DNA of 64,000 nt from Nemertoderma westbladi (lineage: Eukaryota; Animalia; Xenacoelomorpha). Shown here piece after piece: positions 22,888 through 34,483 of the stretch; the stretch's first letter is position 1; every line of letters begins with the position of its first letter. Under the pieces are notes generated by a model that saw only the letters and a program-made list of their open reading frames with translations, had not been told where the DNA came from and did no database searches. The DNA is taken from the NCBI GenBank assembly GCA_032718475.1, contig JAUCBJ010002047.1, forward strand, positions 1-64,000, written 5' to 3'. A program made the position numbers and the translations under genes.

Positions 22888-23586
22888 CAAACATCGAGGT
22901 CAGCCCTACAAGGAAAATATATGACAAGACACTACCTATAGAAACAGGGGACTTCACACCTGCTGAACTCCAAAGAAGCATTAAAAGCATGTCCAATAAT
23001 AAAGCGAGTGGATTAGATGAAATCCCAGCGGAGGTATGGAAAACCAGAGTGCTAAACAGACCATTATTGAATGTTTGCAACTGCATGTTAAAAGGGGAAA
23101 AGCCACCACCAATTTGGACTAAAGGTCAACTAAAGACTCTCCCCAAGAAAGGAGACATCATCATACCAACAAACTATCATGGGATCTGTCTGGTTGTGGT
23201 AGCTGCCAAAATATGCAATAAAATGATTCTATTGTAGCGGAGCACCATGGGCAGGAACTTATACTGATATACCAACGCAATAATCTCGATGACTGCATGG
23301 CTCGCCCCAAAAGACAGTCAGACGTGGTACCGTAGTAGGCCCACTTCGACTTACTGTTATTACACCTGTGCACTGTCAGACTGTAATAAATACGACCTCT
23401 GAATTGCCGAATTATAATGATATAATTGTTGTATGTATTTCGCTGTTAACAAAGTGGGACTCTAGGGATACGGATCCGTAGCGTACCTACATTGGTGACC
23501 CGGCGACTCGAGCCTACCATACGAGCATGTACGACAGTACAGCAGTACGACTACAACAGCACGAAGGACGAACGTGAACCGGAATC

Positions 23587-24246
23587 ATGGCCGAAAACAA
23601 CACCGTCACATTGAAACTTCCAAGTTTCTGGCCTCTGGAACCCAACGTGTGGTTCCTCCAGGCAGAGGCTCAGTTCGACACACGTGGCATCACAGTAGAC
23701 GAAACGCAGTACTATTACATAGTCGCTGCACTCGACCAGAATGTGGCCAGTCGGATGGTAGCAACCATCTCTAACCCACCTACAACAGGTAAATACGAAT
23801 TTCTCAAAGCCGTACTCCTCCACTCATACAGCCTGACGCCCAACCAAAAGGCTTCCAAACTGCTGAAACTCCCAGGCCTTGGAGATCAAAAGCCAACGGA
23901 ACTACTCGACCACATGCTAACTTTGCACGGCAACAACCCCGTCGACGACCTGTTCCTCCAGCTGTTCCATCAACAGCTACCCGACAGTGTCTGAGTAACG
24001 GTGTCAGCACTTAAACTCACTGACTCGCGCGAACTCGCAGAGGCTGCTGACGCCGTCATGGAAGCGAGAGCTCAGCAAACCCCGACGTTCGGAGTTAGCC
24101 GCCCACCTCGCCGTGATAAACCGCCACCGAGGTTGGCCAACACCAGTGACTCTACTTTATGTTGGTACCACGCTAAGTACGGCACCAAAGCAAAGAACTG
24201 CTGGGGACCATGTACGTTCTCGGGAAATGACCCGACCAGCCACTAG
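23587..24246 (+). pseudogene. gag: Gag with premature TGA at 23992
   Basis: LKLPSFW...WFLQAEAQF, LGDQKPTELL, CWYHAKYGTKAKNCWGPC. Confidence 0.85.
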
Positions 24247-24248
24247 CG

Positions 24249-27018
24249 GTGACGAGTTGCGCTGGTCTGAGCGGCATCAGTCACCTCCTCTACGTCTGGG
24301 ACCGGAACGCCGGCCTATGGTTCCTCGTAGACTCTGGGGCCGAAGTCAGTGTTTTTCCCGCTTCCTCCCGAGACAGGTGTCCCCCCATAGCCACACCGAT
24401 TGACCCACTGGTTGCCGCGAATGGCAGCACAATATGTACTTATGGAACTCGGGATATTCCACTGAACATAAACCTCGGCTGGATGAACTGGAAGTTCACC
24501 CTCGCAGACATCTCACAACCAATTCTCGGCGCGGATTTCTTTCGCGGATTTCTTTAGCAAGAACGGTCTGCTCATCGACATCCACGGCCAATGACTCATT
24601 GATGCGGAAACCTTTGCCAGTATTCTGGCACGTCTTGCCGATACGACTGCCCCCAGTCTCCACACTGTCGACCAGTCCAACAACATATACAGGTAACTCC
24701 TTTCCGGGTATCCTGCTCTCACCAAGCCGTGTTTCTCCCAACCAACAACTAAACACGGCATCAAACACCATATACCCACGAAAGGACCGCCCAAAGAGGA
24801 CATCCCAAAGACCCCAAGACTCAATGCCGCTCAGTCCTTCCAGAGACTCATGGATGATGTCTGTCGGGGCCTTCAGTTTGCATTCGTTTATCTGGACGAC
24901 ATACTAGTCGCGAGTTCGAACCCCGAAGAACACCTCGAACACCTCCGGCTGCTGTTCGATCGCCTCGCTTCACACGGACTCATCATCAACATGATGAAGT
25001 GCGTATTCGGTGTCCCTACACTCACTTTCCTGGGCCACCGAATATCCATCGCCGGCATTGAACCCATTCCAGAGAAGGTTGAGGCCATCTCTAGTTTTCC
25101 CCACACTTCCAATAAGAAAGGCCTCCAACAATTCCTTGGCATGATAAACTTCTATCATAGGTTTATCCCACATGCCGCTGAGTTGCTTCACCCACTCCAC
25201 AACGCACTCGTTTCCACTACAAGGTCCCTCATGTGGACCCCACCATGGAGAAAGCGTTCAATAATGCCAAGTCCGCATTGCCTTCCGCCACTCTCCTCGT
25301 CCACCCAAGCCACACCGCTGCCACTAACCTCACCGTTGACACCTCCAACAAGGCGGTTGGTGGTGTCCTGGAACAGTTTCTCAATGGCTCCTGGAAACCC
25401 GTTTCTTTCTTCTCCGTGAAGTTGCATCCCGCCGAAACCCGATACAGCACTTTCGACCGCGAACTCCTCGCACTGTATCTGGGGATTAGGCACTTCCAAT
25501 ACTTTCTCGAGGGACGTAACTTTCACATTTACACAGATCACAAACCCCCCACCTTCGCGTTTCGTAGCGTCTCCGAGTGGTGGTCGCCACAACAACAGTG
25601 CCATTTCGCTTTCGTGTCGGAATTCACCACCGATGTCCGGCACATCAAAGTTAAACTTCGTCGCCAATGCCCTCTCACGAGTAGAAACAGCAAACCAACC
25701 TGAACTCAACATGACACTCTCAGACCCATACATAGACTACGCCGCACTGTCCCAAGACCAACACCTTGATCCTGGAGTTCAGTCATACCACACCGCTATA
25801 ACCAACCTCATCGTCCAAGACATCCCTTTTGGAAACGGTGCGTTCACCATTCTCTGTGATGTTTTGACTACCAACCCACGATTGATTATTCCAGAACAGT
25901 GGCGACGCAGAGTCTTTGACTCAATACATGGCCTGTCCCATCCTTCCATCCGGTCGTCACGTCAAAACATCGCCAAACGATTTATTTGGTATGGCTTACA
26001 CTGCGATGTTGGGAAGTGGGCAAAGGCGTGCGTAGGCTGCCAACAAGGTAAAATTCAACGACACACATCGGCCCCCTTGGAGAAATTCGACCTCCCAGAT
26101 CACCGATTCGAGAAGATCAATGTCGACATCGTGGGTCCCCGTCCCCCTTCCCAAGGCACAACTTACTTGTTCACTATCGTGGATAGGTTCACCCGGTGGC
26201 CTGCGAACATCCCACTGGCCGACGCCACCAGCGCCTCATGCGCCCGCGCTCTACTCTCACATTGGGTGGCCCATTACGGAGTCCCTTCAAACATTACGTC
26301 AGACAGTGGCAGCCAGTTTACATCCAAACTGTGGACCTCTCTCAACGAGTTGCTCGGTTCGCAGTCCCACCACACAACCGCCTACCACCCCCAGTACAAT
26401 GGCATAGTGGAACGCTTCCACTGGCAGCTTAAGGCGTCCCTTAAAGCTCGTCTTCACGGCCGAAACTGGGTGGATGAACTCCCTCTAGTTCTTTTGGGAA
26501 TACGAAATACTCCCAAAGAAGAACTCGGCTGCACAGCGGCCGAGCTACTCTACAGGACTACCATCCGACTACCATGTGACTTCTTTCCTTCCAGTGGCCC
26601 AACAGATGACCCTCACACCAGCCCCAGTGAGTTCATCACCAGCCTTCGACAGACCATGTGTCAACTCCGCGCGACTCCGACCACCCACCACGGATCCCGC
26701 CAGTTTTACCTCCCTATGGATCTGCAGCATACGGACTTCGTTTTCGTACGTCACGACGCGCACAAGGGACCCCTGCAGTGTCAGTACGACGGCCCCTTCA
26801 AGGTTCTAGAATGGGCAGAAAAATATTTCTCCCTGTCTGTCAATGGCCGAACCACCAACGTTTCAGTCGATCGTATGAAACCAGCTTTCACTGATGACCC
26901 TCCAACCCTACCCACCCCCCCCCCCCCCAATCCTAACACCCCACCATGTGTACCCAAACAAAACGAACAGCGACACGTATGGCCCAACTCGTTCCAGGCG
27001 CATTTCGAAACCACCTAG
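24249..27018 (+). pseudogene. pol: Pol (PR-RT-RH-IN) with frameshifts and an internal RT deletion
   Basis: LVDSGA, YLDD, TVDTS...YSTFDRELL...[36 protein letters not shown]. The segment between GPP and DIPKT is missing relative to the 42-46 kb element. Confidence 0.9.
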
Positions 27019-29580
27019 GCACTACACGGGAACTCAAATACCTTGGGTCTATCACTAGGGGGGGGGGGGGGGGGGTAGTGTAGCGGAGCACCATGGACGG
27101 GAACTTATACCCATGCGAGAATCTCGATGACTGCATGGTTCGCCCCAAAAGACAGTTAGTAACGTAGTAGGCCCACTTCGACTTAATGTTATTACAGCTG
27201 TGCACTGTCAGACTGTAATAAATACGACCTCTGAATTGCCGAATTATAATGATATAATTGTTGTATGCATTTTGCTGTTAACAAAGTGGGACGCTAGGGA
27301 TACGGATCCGTAGCACACCTACACTATATAGGATTAGGCCTCACATAGAGAAACTACTGCGTAAGATCCAAAACGGATTTCGACCAAGTAGATCAACAAT
27401 ATCTCAGATGCTTGCACTACGGAGACAGATTGATGGAATTAAGTCAAAGAATCCCCCCGCAGTCATGACTTTTGTGGACTTCAAGAAGGCATTCGACTCC
27501 ATCCATAGAGGTAAAATGCTTGAAATCCTAAGAGCTTATGGAATACCAGAAGTAATTGTTGCTGGCAATGGATTGTTATATTGTGACACAGAAGCGTAGG
27601 TACTCTCACCAGATGGTGAAACTGAGTTTTTCTCAATCCAGGCTGGCGTACTGCAAGGTGACACATTAGCACCATTACTATTTGTAATTGTGCTTGATTA
27701 CGCAATGAGGATGGCCACAAAGGGTGAAGATCTGCGATTCACACTTCAAGAACGCAGAAGTAGTAGATATCCGGCAACTACAGTCACAGACACCGACTTT
27801 GCAGATGACATTGCCCGCCTCTCTAATACGCTAGCAGATGCACAGCTTCAACTGAATAAAGTGGAGAAGGCTGCTAAGGAGGTTGGATTGCATATAAATG
27901 CTAGCAAGACCGAATTCATGACCTTTAATGTTGATGGAAACTTGACAACCGTTGATCATAATCAACTAAGGAAGGTCGATGACTTACAAAGGACAAAAAG
28001 GACATAGAAGTTAGGAAAGCAAAGGCTTGGGTAGCTCTATCAAAAATGGATACCATCTGGAAATCAGATCTCTCCAGGCACCTGAAGACTAAGATCTTTC
28101 GAGCCACAGTGGAAAGTGTATTTTTATACGGGGGTGAGACCTGGACACTGACTAAATCACTTGAACTTAACAAATTGATGGTTGCTACACAAGACTACTA
28201 AGGGCAGCCCAAAACATCAGCTGGAGACAACACATGACAAACACCGAGTTTTATGGTACAATACCGCCTGTATCAACCACCCTCCGTGAACGCAGATTAA
28301 GATTCAGTGGGCACTGCTGGCGAAGTAAAGACGAGGTCATACCAGATTTAATTTTCTGGCAACCAACTCATGGGAAGTGTAGTCATGGACGACCAGCCAT
28401 AACATATATAGATCAACTTGAAAGGGAAACTGACTGGACTTGGGAGAAACGAAATTGCGACAACTATGGAGAATCGGGAAGCCTGGAAGGATCTCATTTC
28501 CACTGTCCGAGTTCGCTCGACCTAGTAGTAGTAGTAGTAATCACAGGTGTTGCTTGAGTTTGGGATACTGTAGAATGGCTGCTGACAACTATACAGGCGC
28601 AGTTAGTGGTTGGTGGTGGGAGGATTATGTGGAAGGATTTCATTGTAATAAACTAAACTGTCCAACACTACCAACCGGTTTAGCAGAGAATTTCTACCCC
28701 CCTAAAAATTCACCCCCTGGTTAAAATCCCTAGTTTTCACCCCCCCCCCCCCCCCGGTTAGAATTTACTTTTTTTTTTAATTTTAATTTTTTTATTTTAA
28801 CTGGGGGTGAAACTACTCTGGGTGATTTTTTACTATTGAAGAATACCATACTGATATTAAAGAGTGAAATATTGGAATTTGAGCCGAATCAGATATGCCA
28901 GTAAATGTACCTACTGTGTCGAAGTTGCATGTTTCCCCTATTAATTGCCAATTTCTGACCATAATTATTAGTTATTATCTTATGTCAGCTATCTCACAAA
29001 CTACATTGTTACTAACAATGTGAGTTAGGAGATGCTGAAAAATCGAATGTCATGCAACAGAGGTCAGTGAATATTATAATCCCCTTATTCCTATGAGTTA
29101 TATGTTAGTGTAGCTAAATACATTGTACTAAGGGGGAATTACTCTTGTATACAAGGAATGTGTATTACAGATGAATATGGATCGCTTGAGGAGAGAGGAT
29201 TAAGTTATATTATTCTCTACATGTTCATCATCATTCCTCATAAAAAAAAATCCATAAGCTTCTTATTACAGGTTCTGTTGCTTCTCATAACTACAGGAAT
29301 ATAATGCTGTAAAACACGGATACAATATTATACAAATCGTAATGCTCTTAAATTTAATTTAATTATTCGACTTGGTGGTTCCAACTTCTGGGTTATTGTA
29401 CCCGGTAGGCCTATATCCCATTCAGGGTACTTAGCCTTATGGCAGTCCCTGAAATGGTGAAGGCATTATTATGCCTATTACTTTTGACACTACAAGTCAA
29501 TAGATTTGCAGCTTCAAGTGTTGCTAACCAGGAAATATCAGAAGATCTAGAAGTGAAGAGAAGAGTTACTGGTTAGTTAT

Positions 29581-29962
29581 ATATTGTGCTGATATTTATT
29601 ATTGATGTGAGTATAAAATAAAGCTACAATTCCCAATAAATATTGTGTGAGTTATTTATTATTGATGTGAGTATAAAATAAAGCTACAATTCCCAATAAA
29701 TATTGTGCGAGTTATTTATTATTGATGTGAGTATAAAATAAAGCTACAATTCCCAATAAATATTGTGTAAGTTATTTATTATTGATGTGAGTATAAAATA
29801 AAGCTACAATTCCCAATAAATATTGTGTGAGTTATTTATTATTGATGTGAGTATAAAATAAAACTACAATTCCCAATAAATATTGTGTAAGTTATTTATT
29901 ATTGATGTGAGTATAAAATAAAGCTACAATTCCCAATAAATATTGTGCTGATATTTATTATT
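29581..29962. repeat. 60-bp tandem satellite, left block (~6.3 units)
   Basis: Unit TATTGTGTGAGTTATTTATTATTGATGTGAGTATAAAATAAAGCTACAATTCCCAATAAA. Confidence 0.97.
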
Positions 29963-30124
29963 TTAGTGAATTTAATAGTAAATGTGAGTACTGCAGTCTT
30001 TTAAATATATTTTCCAATTCTGAAAACTGAAATTATTTAATAATAAATATTTATAAATGCAATTGTAACCAAATATTTATTATTTTGTTGATGAGTTCAG
30101 TTTCGTGACCGCGAGTCTCTCTCC

Positions 30125-33100
30125 TTGGATGGTTTGTCTGGATCGATCGGTTTGTCTATTCGGTCAGTTATGTCTCAGGGCTCAGGGCAGTCGTCGTCCC
30201 AACGGTGCTGTCAGTGTGGGATCCGCGCTTGTACCACTTCTAGTCGTTGTCGTTGTGTCCGTGCCGGGCAACCCTGCACCAGCTGCTCGCCTTTGTCTGT
30301 TGGCAATTGCCTGAACCCGCATCTCATATCGGGGGCCTCCATTAGTCCCGTAGTGGATGACACTCTGCTGCATAAATCCACTGGCGACAACTCGGATGGG
30401 GATAGCTCGGATACTGATTCGTTTTCGAGTGCGATAACGCAGATAACTCAGATTCCCCGAGTCGTCGACACCGTTTTTCCTCCGTTATCTTTGCCTGGGA
30501 GTGCGAGTTCTCCTCCTTTCCCTACCACTGTGGAGCTTTTGGAGTCGGCCTTCGGTGGCCAGTGGTTAAACTCTCCTGGCTCTTCCACCGATCCGTATTG
30601 GGAGGCCAATTATTCCCGCCTCACCTGCCTTACTTGTTGCCAGTATATTGTGCCGGGTGGCAATGTGGGACGCAAAATCGCCGACTTAGTCGCTCGCGAG
30701 CTGGTATTTCTGACGGACGGTATCCACCCCTCGGAACGATCACTCTGTTGCGTGGCTACCATATTCCAGCGAGACCCAGACGTGACAAAAAGTGCGGATA
30801 TTCGGCGTACTATGCTGCGCCGGATTGGCATGTGGGAGCGAGAGGAGTATAAGCAGCTGGTGGTGGAGGCGGAGCGCTGCAGCTCCAAGTTCGCTAAGTC
30901 CCGGGGATCGGCAAAAGTAAACCCGGGTCGGTTGTATAATCGGAAAATACTGGTGGGACAGAATCGGGCGGCAGTTCGTCTCATTACCGAGAGGGACAGT
31001 GGTGGAATTTTAGACCCCAATTCCCAGGCAGAGGGGCGAGCACCTGGGATTACCGTACGTGAGGTTCTGGCGGAAAAACATCCCCCTCAGATGCAGGTTT
31101 CGCCGGACGCGTTTGAACCCTGTGACGACCTACCAGCCTTCGAGGATGTCGACATTACTGGTCAGCACGTCCTCAAGGTTACTCGAGTGCTACGTGGTGG
31201 AGCTGGTCCGATCGGCGGAGACGCCGAATTATGGAGTGCGTTGCTTACCCGCTACGAGGCGCACAGCTCCCGCCTCAGGGAGGCCGTCGCCGGGTTGGCT
31301 CGACGCCTCGCCAACTCGGTGGTACCTTGGGGCGAGATCCGTGCGCTGCGTGCCTGTCGCCTCGTCGCAATTGACAAGGAACCCGGTGTCCGCCCCATCG
31401 GCATTGGGGAGGTCCTGTACCGGTTGCTGACTAACTGCCTCACAGCCGCCACCAAGATGGATTTCATCGTGGAATGCGGGGCGGATCAACTCTGTGCGGG
31501 TGTTAAGGCGGGTGTCGAGGGCGCCGTCCATGCGATGGCTTCATTGTATGAGGACGACTCCACCGAGGGGATGCTCCTCGTAGACGCCTCTAATGCCTTT
31601 AACAGTTTGAGTCGCCCCGTGGCCCTGTGGAATGCGCGGGTCTACTGGCACCGGTGTTCCCGTTACCTCTTTAATGCATACAACGGCCATGCTGCTCTCT
31701 TCTTACAAGGGTCTGATGTACCGCTCTGGAGCAGGGAAGGGTACACCCAGGGCGACCCGGCCGCCATGCTTGGGTATGGCTGTGGGACCCTTCCCATGAT
31801 ACGGAGGCTACGGGACATCCGGATACCTGAGTGTCCTGGCAACCCGCCGTCGTCCCTACCTGGCATCCCTTCGTCGACCCTGCCTGGTAACCTGCCGTCG
31901 ACCCTGCACGGCGACTCGCCATCGACCGTACCCTGCAACTCGCTGTCGACACTATCCGGTAACTCGCCGTTGACCTTACCCGGCAACCCGCAGTCGACCC
32001 TACCCGGCAACCCGCCGTCGACCCTACCCGACAACCCGCCGTCGACCCTACCCGGCAACCCGCCGTTGACCCTATCCGGCAACCCGCCGTCGACCCTATC
32101 CGGTAACCCGCCGTTGATCCTACCTGGCAACCCGCCGTCGACCCTACCCGGCATCCCGCCGTCGACCCTACCCGGCAACCCGCTGTTGACCCTACCCGGC
32201 AACCCGCCATCGTCCCTGCTTGGCGACCCGCCGTCTACCTTACCCGATAACCCGCCGTCGACCCTACCCGGCAACCCGCCGTCGACCCTACCCGGCAATC
32301 TGCCGTCGACCCTGCCTGGGGACCCGCTGTCAACCCTACCCGGCAACCCGCCGTCGTCCCTGCTTGGCGACCCGCCGTCTACCTTACCCGATAACCCGTC
32401 ATTGACCCTACCTGGCAACCCGCCGTCGACCCTACCCGGAAATCCGCCGTCGACCCTGCCTGGCGACCCGCCGTCAACCCTACCCGGCAACCCGCCATCG
32501 ACCCCGCCTGGCGACCCAACACCGCACCACCAAAGACAGTGCTGGTATGCCGATGATGCCTCATCTGCTGGTTCCCTCGCTGGTGTGCTCCGTTGGTGGG
32601 AGGAGTTGCTCCTCAGTGGACCCCGAATTGGGTACAACCCGGAGCCCACCAAGTCCTACTTGGTGGTGAAACCGGCGTATGTTGAGCAGGCACACGAGAT
32701 GTTTGGGAGGTCGGGCGTTCGGATCGTCTCCGGTCACAGGTTTCTGGGCGGTTATGTTGGTGATTCCCAGGGGCTGCGGGGTTTCATCGCGGAGAAAGTT
32801 GCGGGGTGGGTCTACAGTATCGGTAGATTGGCGGAGGTGGCCGAGGATTATCCCCAGACCGCTCATACGGGAATGTCCCGCTGCTTACAAGCGGAGTGGG
32901 ACTTCCTGCTCCGGGTGGTTGAAATCGACGATGAGGATTTGGCTCCGATCCGGGAGGCGCTGCAGCACAGTTACATCCCGGCATTGTTCGGGATACCCCT
33001 CGGTGCTGTTGACGAAGACTTGGTTCTTTTGCCAGTCCGACACGGTGGGATCGGGATTCGGGACCCGTTAATGCGACGGTGCCACGCTAGAGAGGCGTCG

Positions 33101-34072
33101 CTGGCCGGCACAGCTGGGGTGGTTGATGCGCTGCTGTCGGACCGCCCCCTCCAGGTCGCAGACCACGCCGCGTGTCTCGCGTCGGCCCTCGCTGAAAGCC
33201 GCATTACCCAAGACGCGGCTTACAAGGCGAGACTGGAGTCCGCCCTCCTCGCTGTTCCTGCCGAACGGCGCCGCACGGTGGAGCGCACGGTCTCCCACAA
33301 GACGGGAGGGTGGCTGACCGCTCAGCCTTCGGCGGTGGACCACACCGACCTGGACCCCGAAGTGTTCCGGGACAACCTTGCCTTGCGGTATGGGTTGACG
33401 CCGCCCGGCCTCCCGGCTAAGTGCGAGGGGTGTGGGGAGTCTTTTTCGACGTCCCACGCCCTTAATTGCAAGTCGGGGGGCTTGATTATCAAGCGGCACA
33501 ACGAGGTGCGGGAGGTCTTCGGGGACTTAATCGCGTCCGCGTTCGGGGGCTCGTGCGTCCAGCGTGAGGTTACGCTGGCGTCCGGCTACCTGGACAGACA
33601 GGGCCGCGAGGTGGGTGGAGTAAGGGCGGACCTTCTGGCGAGGGGAGTCTGGGCCGAACAGAGGGTGGCGTCATTTGACATTGCGGTTGTAAACGCTGAC
33701 GCCCCCTCTTATGTTAACCGGTCCCTAGACTCCGTTCTCCAGCAGAGGGTCCGCGCCAAGAAGGTACACTATGCCGCAGTGTGCGAGGACCGTCGGATCT
33801 CCTTCACCCCCCTAGTCGGAACCACCGACGGGGTGTGGTGCAAGGAGGCCGATATCCTAATCCGCCACCTCGCGGAGACCCTGGTGGCCCGGCAGCGTGG
33901 GATGCGCGAGCGAGGCCTAGCCTGTGTGCTGGGCGGAGTGCGGAGGCGCCTATTGTTTGCGCTGCTGCGCTCAAACTCCCTGTGCCTGCGTGGCGGTAGG
34001 CGGCCATGGAGGGCGCTCGGGTTTGGGGACGGTGCCGGTCTGCGGGGGTTTGACCTCCAAGACCGGTACTGA
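30125..34072 (+). CDS. CRE-like polyprotein: CXC-like N-terminus, RT, CCHC knuckle, RLE (first ATG 30170)
   Basis: LVAIDKEPGVRPIGIGE, QLCAG..GVEGAVHAM, LLVDASNAFNSL, QGDP, WYADD, CEGC..HALNC, RHNEVR, RADL, FDI, KKVHY, FTPLV. Confidence 0.92.
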   Translation: MDGLSGSIGLSIRSVMSQGSGQSSSQRCCQCGIRACTTSSRCRCVRAGQPCTSCSPLSVGNCLNPHLISGASISPVVDDTLLHKSTGDNSDGDSSDTDSFSSAITQITQIPRVVDTVFPPLSLPGSASSPPFPTTVELLESAFGGQWLNSPGSSTDPYWEANYSRLTCLTCCQYIVPGGNVGRKIADLVARELVFLTDGIHPSERSLCCVATIFQRDPDVTKSADIRRTMLRRIGMWEREEYKQLVVEAERCSSKFAKSRGSAKVNPGRLYNRKILVGQNRAAVRLITERDSGGILDPNSQAEGRAPGITVREVLAEKHPPQMQVSPDAFEPCDDLPAFEDVDITGQHVLKVTRVLRGGAGPIGGDAELWSALLTRYEAHSSRLREAVAGLARRLANSVVPWGEIRALRACRLVAIDKEPGVRPIGIGEVLYRLLTNCLTAATKMDFIVECGADQLCAGVKAGVEGAVHAMASLYEDDSTEGMLLVDASNAFNSLSRPVALWNARVYWHRCSRYLFNAYNGHAALFLQGSDVPLWSREGYTQGDPAAMLGYGCGTLPMIRRLRDIRIPECPGNPPSSLPGIPSSTLPGNLPSTLHGDSPSTVPCNSLSTLSGNSPLTLPGNPQSTLPGNPPSTLPDNPPSTLPGNPPLTLSGNPPSTLSGNPPLILPGNPPSTLPGIPPSTLPGNPLLTLPGNPPSSLLGDPPSTLPDNPPSTLPGNPPSTLPGNLPSTLPGDPLSTLPGNPPSSLLGDPPSTLPDNPSLTLPGNPPSTLPGNPPSTLPGDPPSTLPGNPPSTPPGDPTPHHQRQCWYADDASSAGSLAGVLRWWEELLLSGPRIGYNPEPTKSYLVVKPAYVEQAHEMFGRSGVRIVSGHRFLGGYVGDSQGLRGFIAEKVAGWVYSIGRLAEVAEDYPQTAHTGMSRCLQAEWDFLLRVVEIDDEDLAPIREALQHSYIPALFGIPLGAVDEDLVLLPVRHGGIGIRDPLMRRCHAREASLAGTAGVVDALLSDRPLQVADHAACLASALAESRITQDAAYKARLESALLAVPAERRRTVERTVSHKTGGWLTAQPSAVDHTDLDPEVFRDNLALRYGLTPPGLPAKCEGCGESFSTSHALNCKSGGLIIKRHNEVREVFGDLIASAFGGSCVQREVTLASGYLDRQGREVGGVRADLLARGVWAEQRVASFDIAVVNADAPSYVNRSLDSVLQQRVRAKKVHYAAVCEDRRISFTPLVGTTDGVWCKEADILIRHLAETLVARQRGMRERGLACVLGGVRRRLLFALLRSNSLCLRGGRRPWRALGFGDGAGLRGFDLQDRY
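31835..32518 (+). repeat. 24-bp coding minisatellite (PGNPPSTL, ~28.5 copies) inside the RT domain
   Basis: CCCGGCAACCCGCCGTCGACCCTA-type units, in frame, between QGD (31748) and YADD (32546). Confidence 0.97.
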
Positions 34073-34184
34073 ATCCAAGTTTTAGACTTGTGTTTGGTGG
34101 AGGGATGTAAAAATTCTTACTAAATTTAATTTTGGTGGTGGTGGAAATTAAAATTTTAATTATTGTTTCTTTTATATGGAAATT

Positions 34185-34483
34185 TATTTATTATTGATGT
34201 GAGTATAAAATAAAGCTACAATTCCCAATAAATATTGTGCTAGTTATTTATTATTGATGTGAGTACAAAGTAAAGCTACAATTACCAATAAATATTGTGC
34301 GAGTTATTTATTATTGATGTGAGTATAAAATAAAGCTACAATTCCCAATAAATATTGTGCTGATATTTATTATTGATGTGAGTATAAAATAAAGCTACAA
34401 TTCCCAATAAATATTGTGCTAGTTATTTATTATTGATGTGAGTACAAAATAAAGCTACAATTCCCAATAAATATTGTGCTAGT
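34185..34483. repeat. 60-bp tandem satellite, right block (~5 units)
   Basis: Same unit as 29581-29962. Confidence 0.97.

Larger units (their letters stand above)
23233..27323 (+). mobile_element. Ty3/Gypsy LTR retrotransposon (CsRn1/Kabuki-like), degenerate
   Basis: LTRs 23233-23491 and 27079-27323 (TG...CA); CTAT TSD; PBS TGGTGACCC; poly-G PPT; CHCC Gag motif CWYH..C..C. Confidence 0.95.
21445..28537 (+). mobile_element. RTE family B LINE, degenerate, interrupted at 22070-22885 and 23233-27327
   Basis: DHRI...IRLS, KASGLDEIPAEVWK, FVDFKKAFDSI, GVLQGDTLAP, DFADD, LRFSGHCWR; (TAG)5 tail at 28523-28537. Confidence 0.9.
29963..34184 (+). mobile_element. CRE-clade non-LTR retrotransposon (RT plus restriction-like endonuclease)
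   Basis: Single ORF; bounded by an 11-bp duplication TATTTATTATT (29952-29962, 34185-34195) within a satellite unit. Confidence 0.85.

Noticed and set aside
28685-29146. Possible MITE with AGAG..AATT..CCCCC ends
   Set aside because: Inverted match too imperfect and no TSD found.
31831-32535. RT octapeptide repeat as a spliceosomal intron or intein
   Set aside because: A frame-preserving GT..AG pair exists but has a weak donor and no pyrimidine tract; no intein motifs; LINE-type elements are normally intronless.
31663-32652. 329-aa and 179-aa antisense ORFs
   Set aside because: Shadows of the stop-free 24-bp repeat.
29581-34483. 60-bp repeats as a CRISPR array or spliced-leader RNA genes (units contain GTGAGT twice)
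   Set aside because: Head-to-tail units with no unique spacers and no cas genes; too short for an SL gene, with no Sm site or SL exon I recognise.
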